This document shows positions 60,430-64,000 of a stretch of DNA of 64,000 nucleotides, one piece after another (within the stretch, counting starts at the first letter, position 1; each line of letters starts with the position of its first letter). Source of the stretch: an uncultured Candidatus Rokubacteria bacterium (lineage in GTDB: Bacteria > Methylomirabilota > Methylomirabilia > Rokubacteriales > CSP1-6); contig CAVWFS010000019.1 of NCBI GenBank assembly GCA_963754315.1, positions 576,001 through 640,000 of the forward strand. The letters are read 5' to 3'. Below the pieces are notes generated by a model. The model had not been told where the DNA came from and did no database searches. It saw nothing but the letters and a program-made list of their open reading frames with translations. The position numbers were made by a program, and so were the translations under genes.

Positions 60430-61596
60430 ATGGCGGAGATACCCCTGACCCCTACCGACGAGCAGCGCGCGCTGCGCGCTGGTGTGGCGGACATCTGCAA
60501 GAAGTACCCCGGCGAGTACTGGCGCGAGCTCGATGCCAAGCGCGAGTATCCCGATGCCTTCGTCAACGAGCTGACCCAGGCCGGATACCTGGGCGCGTTG
60601 ATTCCTCCGGAGTATGGCGGAGCCGGACTTCCCATCGCCGATGGCGCTCTCATCCTGGAGACCATCCACGAGCACGGGGGAAACGCCGCGGCCTGCCACG
60701 CCCAGATGTACATCATGGGCACCGTCTTGCGCCACGGCAGCGAGGGGCAGAAACGTCAGTATCTGCCCAAGATCGCCACGGGCGAGCTGCGCTTGCAGGC
60801 CTTCGCGGTCACCGAACCCAACGCGGGCTCCGACACCACCAAGCTGCAGACCACCGCGGTGCGCCGGGGGGATCGCTACGTCGTCAACGGCCGGAAGATC
60901 TTCATCTCGCGCGCGCTGCAGTCGGATCTGATGTTGCTGCTCGCCCGCACCACGCCCGTCGATCAGGTCAAGCGGCGCACGGAGGGTCTGTCCGTGTTCC
61001 TCATCGACATCCGGGGCATCAAAGGCCTGGAGATCCGTCCGCTCCGCATGATGATGAACCACTCCACCAACGCCCTCTTCTTCGACGACATGGAGATTCC
61101 TGCCGACAGCCTCATCGGCGAGGAGGGCAAGGGGTTTGCCTACATCCTCGACGGCATGAACGCCGAGCGTATCCTGGTGGCCTCAGAGTCCATCGGCGAC
61201 GGCCGCTGGTTCGTGGACAGAGCGGTCACGTACGTGAGCCAGCGCGTGCTCTTCGGCCGACCCATCGGTGCCAACCAAGGGGTGCAGTTCCCCATCGCCA
61301 AAGCGCACATGGCAGTGGAGGCGGCCGCCCTCATGCGGAACAAGGCGGCTGCCCTCTTCGACGCCGGCGAGCCGGCGGGGCCGGAAGCCAACATGGCCAA
61401 GTACCTGGCGGCGGAGGCGGCCTGGGAGGCGGGCAATGCCTGCATCGACTGCCACGGCGGCTACGGCTATGCCGAGGAGTACGACGTGGAGCGCAAGTTC
61501 CGCGAGTGTCGCCTCTACAAGACGGCGCCGGTCAACCAGAACCTGGTCATGGCCTACGTGGGCGAGCACGTCCTCGGCATGCCACGGTCGTATTGA
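60430..61596 (+). CDS. Acyl-CoA dehydrogenase
   Basis: IPPEYGG, VTEPNAGSD, NGRKIFIS, LIGEEGKGF, ERI, FGRPIG.NQ, HGGYGY..EY.VER. Confidence 0.95.
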   Translation: MAEIPLTPTDEQRALRAGVADICKKYPGEYWRELDAKREYPDAFVNELTQAGYLGALIPPEYGGAGLPIADGALILETIHEHGGNAAACHAQMYIMGTVLRHGSEGQKRQYLPKIATGELRLQAFAVTEPNAGSDTTKLQTTAVRRGDRYVVNGRKIFISRALQSDLMLLLARTTPVDQVKRRTEGLSVFLIDIRGIKGLEIRPLRMMMNHSTNALFFDDMEIPADSLIGEEGKGFAYILDGMNAERILVASESIGDGRWFVDRAVTYVSQRVLFGRPIGANQGVQFPIAKAHMAVEAAALMRNKAAALFDAGEPAGPEANMAKYLAAEAAWEAGNACIDCHGGYGYAEEYDVERKFRECRLYKTAPVNQNLVMAYVGEHVLGMPRSY

Positions 61597-61627
61597 GAAC
61601 GCCCCGGAACCCGTACGCGGAGCGAGG

Positions 61628-61703
61628 TCGAGGGGCGCCCTGGGTCCCCCGGGGCGCCCCGAGCGTATGGGGGGCTTGGGGGGCCATTTCGGGGCCCGCC
61701 CAT
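61628..61703. repeat. Solo copy of the 85-bp REP-like element
   Basis: CGAGGGGCGCCC...GGGCGCCCCGAGCG..GGGGGGCTTGGGGGGCCATTTCGGGGCCC aligns with the 4042-4338 unit; between convergent genes. Confidence 0.85.
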
Positions 61704-61705
61704 GA

Positions 61706-63413
61706 TCAAGGCGGTCTTGACGGAGGCGGCCGCGGTGAGGCCGAGCTCCACGATGCTCTGCTCGCGCATCAGGAACTTCTGCACCTTGCCGGTCACGGTC
61801 AAGGGAAACCCGTCCACGAACTTCACGTAACGCGGGATCTTGTAGTGGGCGATCCGGTCCCGACAGAACTCGCGGATCTCCTCGACCGTCGCCGACTGGC
61901 CGTCCTTCAGGCGGATCCAGGCCATGACCTCCTCGACGTACTTGGGGTCGGGCACGCCGATCACCTGAACGTCCTGGACCTTGGGATGGCTGTAGAGGAA
62001 CTCCTCGATCTCCCGTGGGTACACGTTCTCCCCGCCCCGGATGATCATGTCCTTGATGCGGCCCACGATGTTGAGGTAGCCGTCAGCGTCCATCACGGCC
62101 AGGTCACCCGTGTGCATCCAGCGCGCCGCGTCGATGGCCCCGCCTGTCGCTTCCTCGTTGTTCCAGTAGCCGAGCATCACGCTGTAGCCGCGCGTGCACA
62201 GCTCACCCGTGGTCCCGAGCGGCACTACCGCCCCCGTGGCGGGATCGATGATCTTGATTTCCACGTGCGGATGGACCTGCCCGACCGTACCCACTTGCTT
62301 GTCCAGAGGCGCGCCGATGCGCGTCTGGGTGCTCACCGGACTCGTCTCGGTCATGCCGTAGGCGATCTCGATCTCGCGCATGTTCATCAGGGCCTGCACC
62401 TTTTTCATCACCTCGACCGGGCACGGAGAGCCGGCCATGATCCCGGTCCGCAGGCTGCTCAAGTCGTACGTCGAGAAGCCGGGCTCACCCAGCTCGGCGA
62501 TGAACATGGTGGGAACCCCGTAGAGGGCGGTCCCGCGCTCGGCCTGGATCGCCTCCAGCACCGCCTTCGGCTCGAAGCCGGCGCTCGGGTAGATCATGGT
62601 GGCGCCATGGGTCATGCAGCCGAGATTTCCCATGACCATGCCGAAACAATGATAGAGCGGCACCGGGATGATCAGCCGATCGCGCTCGGTGAAGTTCATC
62701 AGCTCGGCCACGAAGTAACCGTTGTTGAGAATGTTGTGGTGGCTGAGGGTGGCGCCCTTCGGATACCCCGTTGTCCCGCTGGTGTACTGGATGTTGATCG
62801 GCTCGTCGAACTGGAGCTGGCCTTGCCGCTCGGCGAGCTGCCTGTCGTCGATCCGATCACCCCTGGCCAGCAGATCGGTCCAGACGAGCATGCCGGGAGC
62901 CGGCTCGGAGCCGAGGCGGACGACCACCCGAAGGTCGGGCAGCCGCGCCGCGGCCAGTTGGCCGGGAACCGCACCGCGTAGCTCAGGCGCCAGCTCGTAG
63001 AGCATGGCGGTGTAGTCGGATGTCTTGAACTGGGGAGCGATCACCAGATAGGCGCAGCCGGACTGCTGAAGCGCGTACTGCAACTCGTGGCCGCGGTAGC
63101 TCGGGTTGATGTTGACGAGGATCGCGCCGATCTTGGATGTCGCGAACTGGGTGATGGTCCACTCCGCGCAGTTCGGCGCCCAGATGCCGACCCGCTCTCC
63201 CTTCTGGACGCCGAGGCCGATGAGGGCGCGGGCGCAGCGGTCCACCTCCGCCTGCAGGGCACGGTACGTGTAACGGAGGTCTTGGTGGCGGACGACCAGC
63301 GCTTCGCGGTCCCCATAGCGAGCGACGATCGCATCGAACATGTCCCCGATCGTGATGCCGAGCAGCGGTGTCTCGTGCGCTCCGCTCACGTAACTCCTGC
63401 GCGCGTCAGCCAT
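61706..63413 (-). CDS. Acyl-CoA synthetase (AMP-binding, YngI/ACSF2-like)
   Basis: QYTSGTTGYPKG, AYGMTETSP, HTGD, RIKDMIIRGGEN, TGKVQKF. As sequenced the ORF runs to 61554; removing one base gives ...SVKTA* near 61706. Confidence 0.92.
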
Positions 63414-63423
63414 GGGAATCCCC

Positions 63424-63951
63424 TCAGCCCATATCCACCTTGTCGGCGTGCTTGATGCGATCGCCAGGGCGCATGTTGAGGACCGTCTCCGGAAATAGGT
63501 CGGCCACCCAGCGCAAGATATCGCCGGCTGTGATGACACCCACCGGGCGATGGTCGGCGTCGACGAGAGGGACTGTGCGGTAACCAGCCACGCTCATGCA
63601 ATAGACGGCGTAGGCCACGCGGTCCTCCCGGGTCAGCGCCTCGGGATTCGGTGTCATGACCTCGCGCAGCGTCGTACGGCGTGGCTCGAGCTCGCGGCCC
63701 ACGACCCGCGTCAGCACGTCACGCTCGGTGAAAATACCCGTCAGCCGCCCGCCGTCGTCCACGACCAGCACGCCGGCCTGGTGGCGGGCCAGCATGGCCG
63801 TGGCTGCTTCGTGGACGGTGGACGTCTCTGGCAGGCAAATTGGCTCGGTGGGAGCCAGGGTGGCCACCGTGGCGTCGAGAGCCGCGGCACTGATGACCCC
63901 CGTCTCGGCATCGGCAGTGTCGAAGTAGTGTTCGTCCTCCAGGTCACTCAT
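63424..63951 (-). CDS. CBS-domain protein
   Basis: Tandem CBS pair: GIFTERDVL, VMTPNP, YRTVPLVD..PVGVIT. Confidence 0.88.
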   Translation of the reverse strand: MSDLEDEHYFDTADAETGVISAAALDATVATLAPTEPICLPETSTVHEAATAMLARHQAGVLVVDDGGRLTGIFTERDVLTRVVGRELEPRRTTLREVMTPNPEALTREDRVAYAVYCMSVAGYRTVPLVDADHRPVGVITAGDILRWVADLFPETVLNMRPGDRIKHADKVDMG

Positions 63952-64000
63952 ACGGCTCTCCGTCGCGACGTTCAGGGAGAGGAAAACTTCTGGGTGTTCC

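Overview
GC-rich bacterial window, densely coding, with no rRNA, tRNA, CRISPR array or intact transposase that I can see. Gene content (many ABC/TRAP binding proteins, an LLM oxidoreductase, CoA-ligases, GGGGGGCC..GGCCCCCC palindromes) resembles Ca. Rokubacteria/Methylomirabilota; this is an inference. Main points: (1) A tightly coupled operon at 28.1-34.2 kb, probably running on to 41.6 kb, joins a LigAB-type ring-cleavage dioxygenase to diverged paralogues of NadC, an IMPase, an OMP-decarboxylase-like barrel, HisI, an amidohydrolase and a ribokinase. It is followed by a Liv-type ABC importer, a MetE-like Zn enzyme, a cupin and an LLM oxidoreductase. NadC, PyrF-like and HisI-like proteins each carry substitutions in substrate-binding motifs, suggesting an undescribed pathway that processes an N-heterocycle as its ribonucleotide. 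(2) Two overlapping, signal-peptide-bearing thioredoxin-fold genes at 41.7-42.8 kb each have an in-frame TGA at the catalytic Cys position followed by a hairpin. They are probably two selenoproteins that the ORF track splits into four pieces. (3) An 85-bp tandem REP/BIME-like palindromic array, with a covarying solo copy at 61.6 kb. (4) A DUF4130-UdgX fusion with DUF488-like and Zn-ribbon neighbours, a GH5 cellulase with two CBM2 modules, a HepT/MntA toxin-antitoxin pair and several decayed gene remnants. Many genes carry single-base frameshifts (densest at 10-16 kb), most likely sequencing/assembly indels. All product calls come from motif recognition only; no database search was run.
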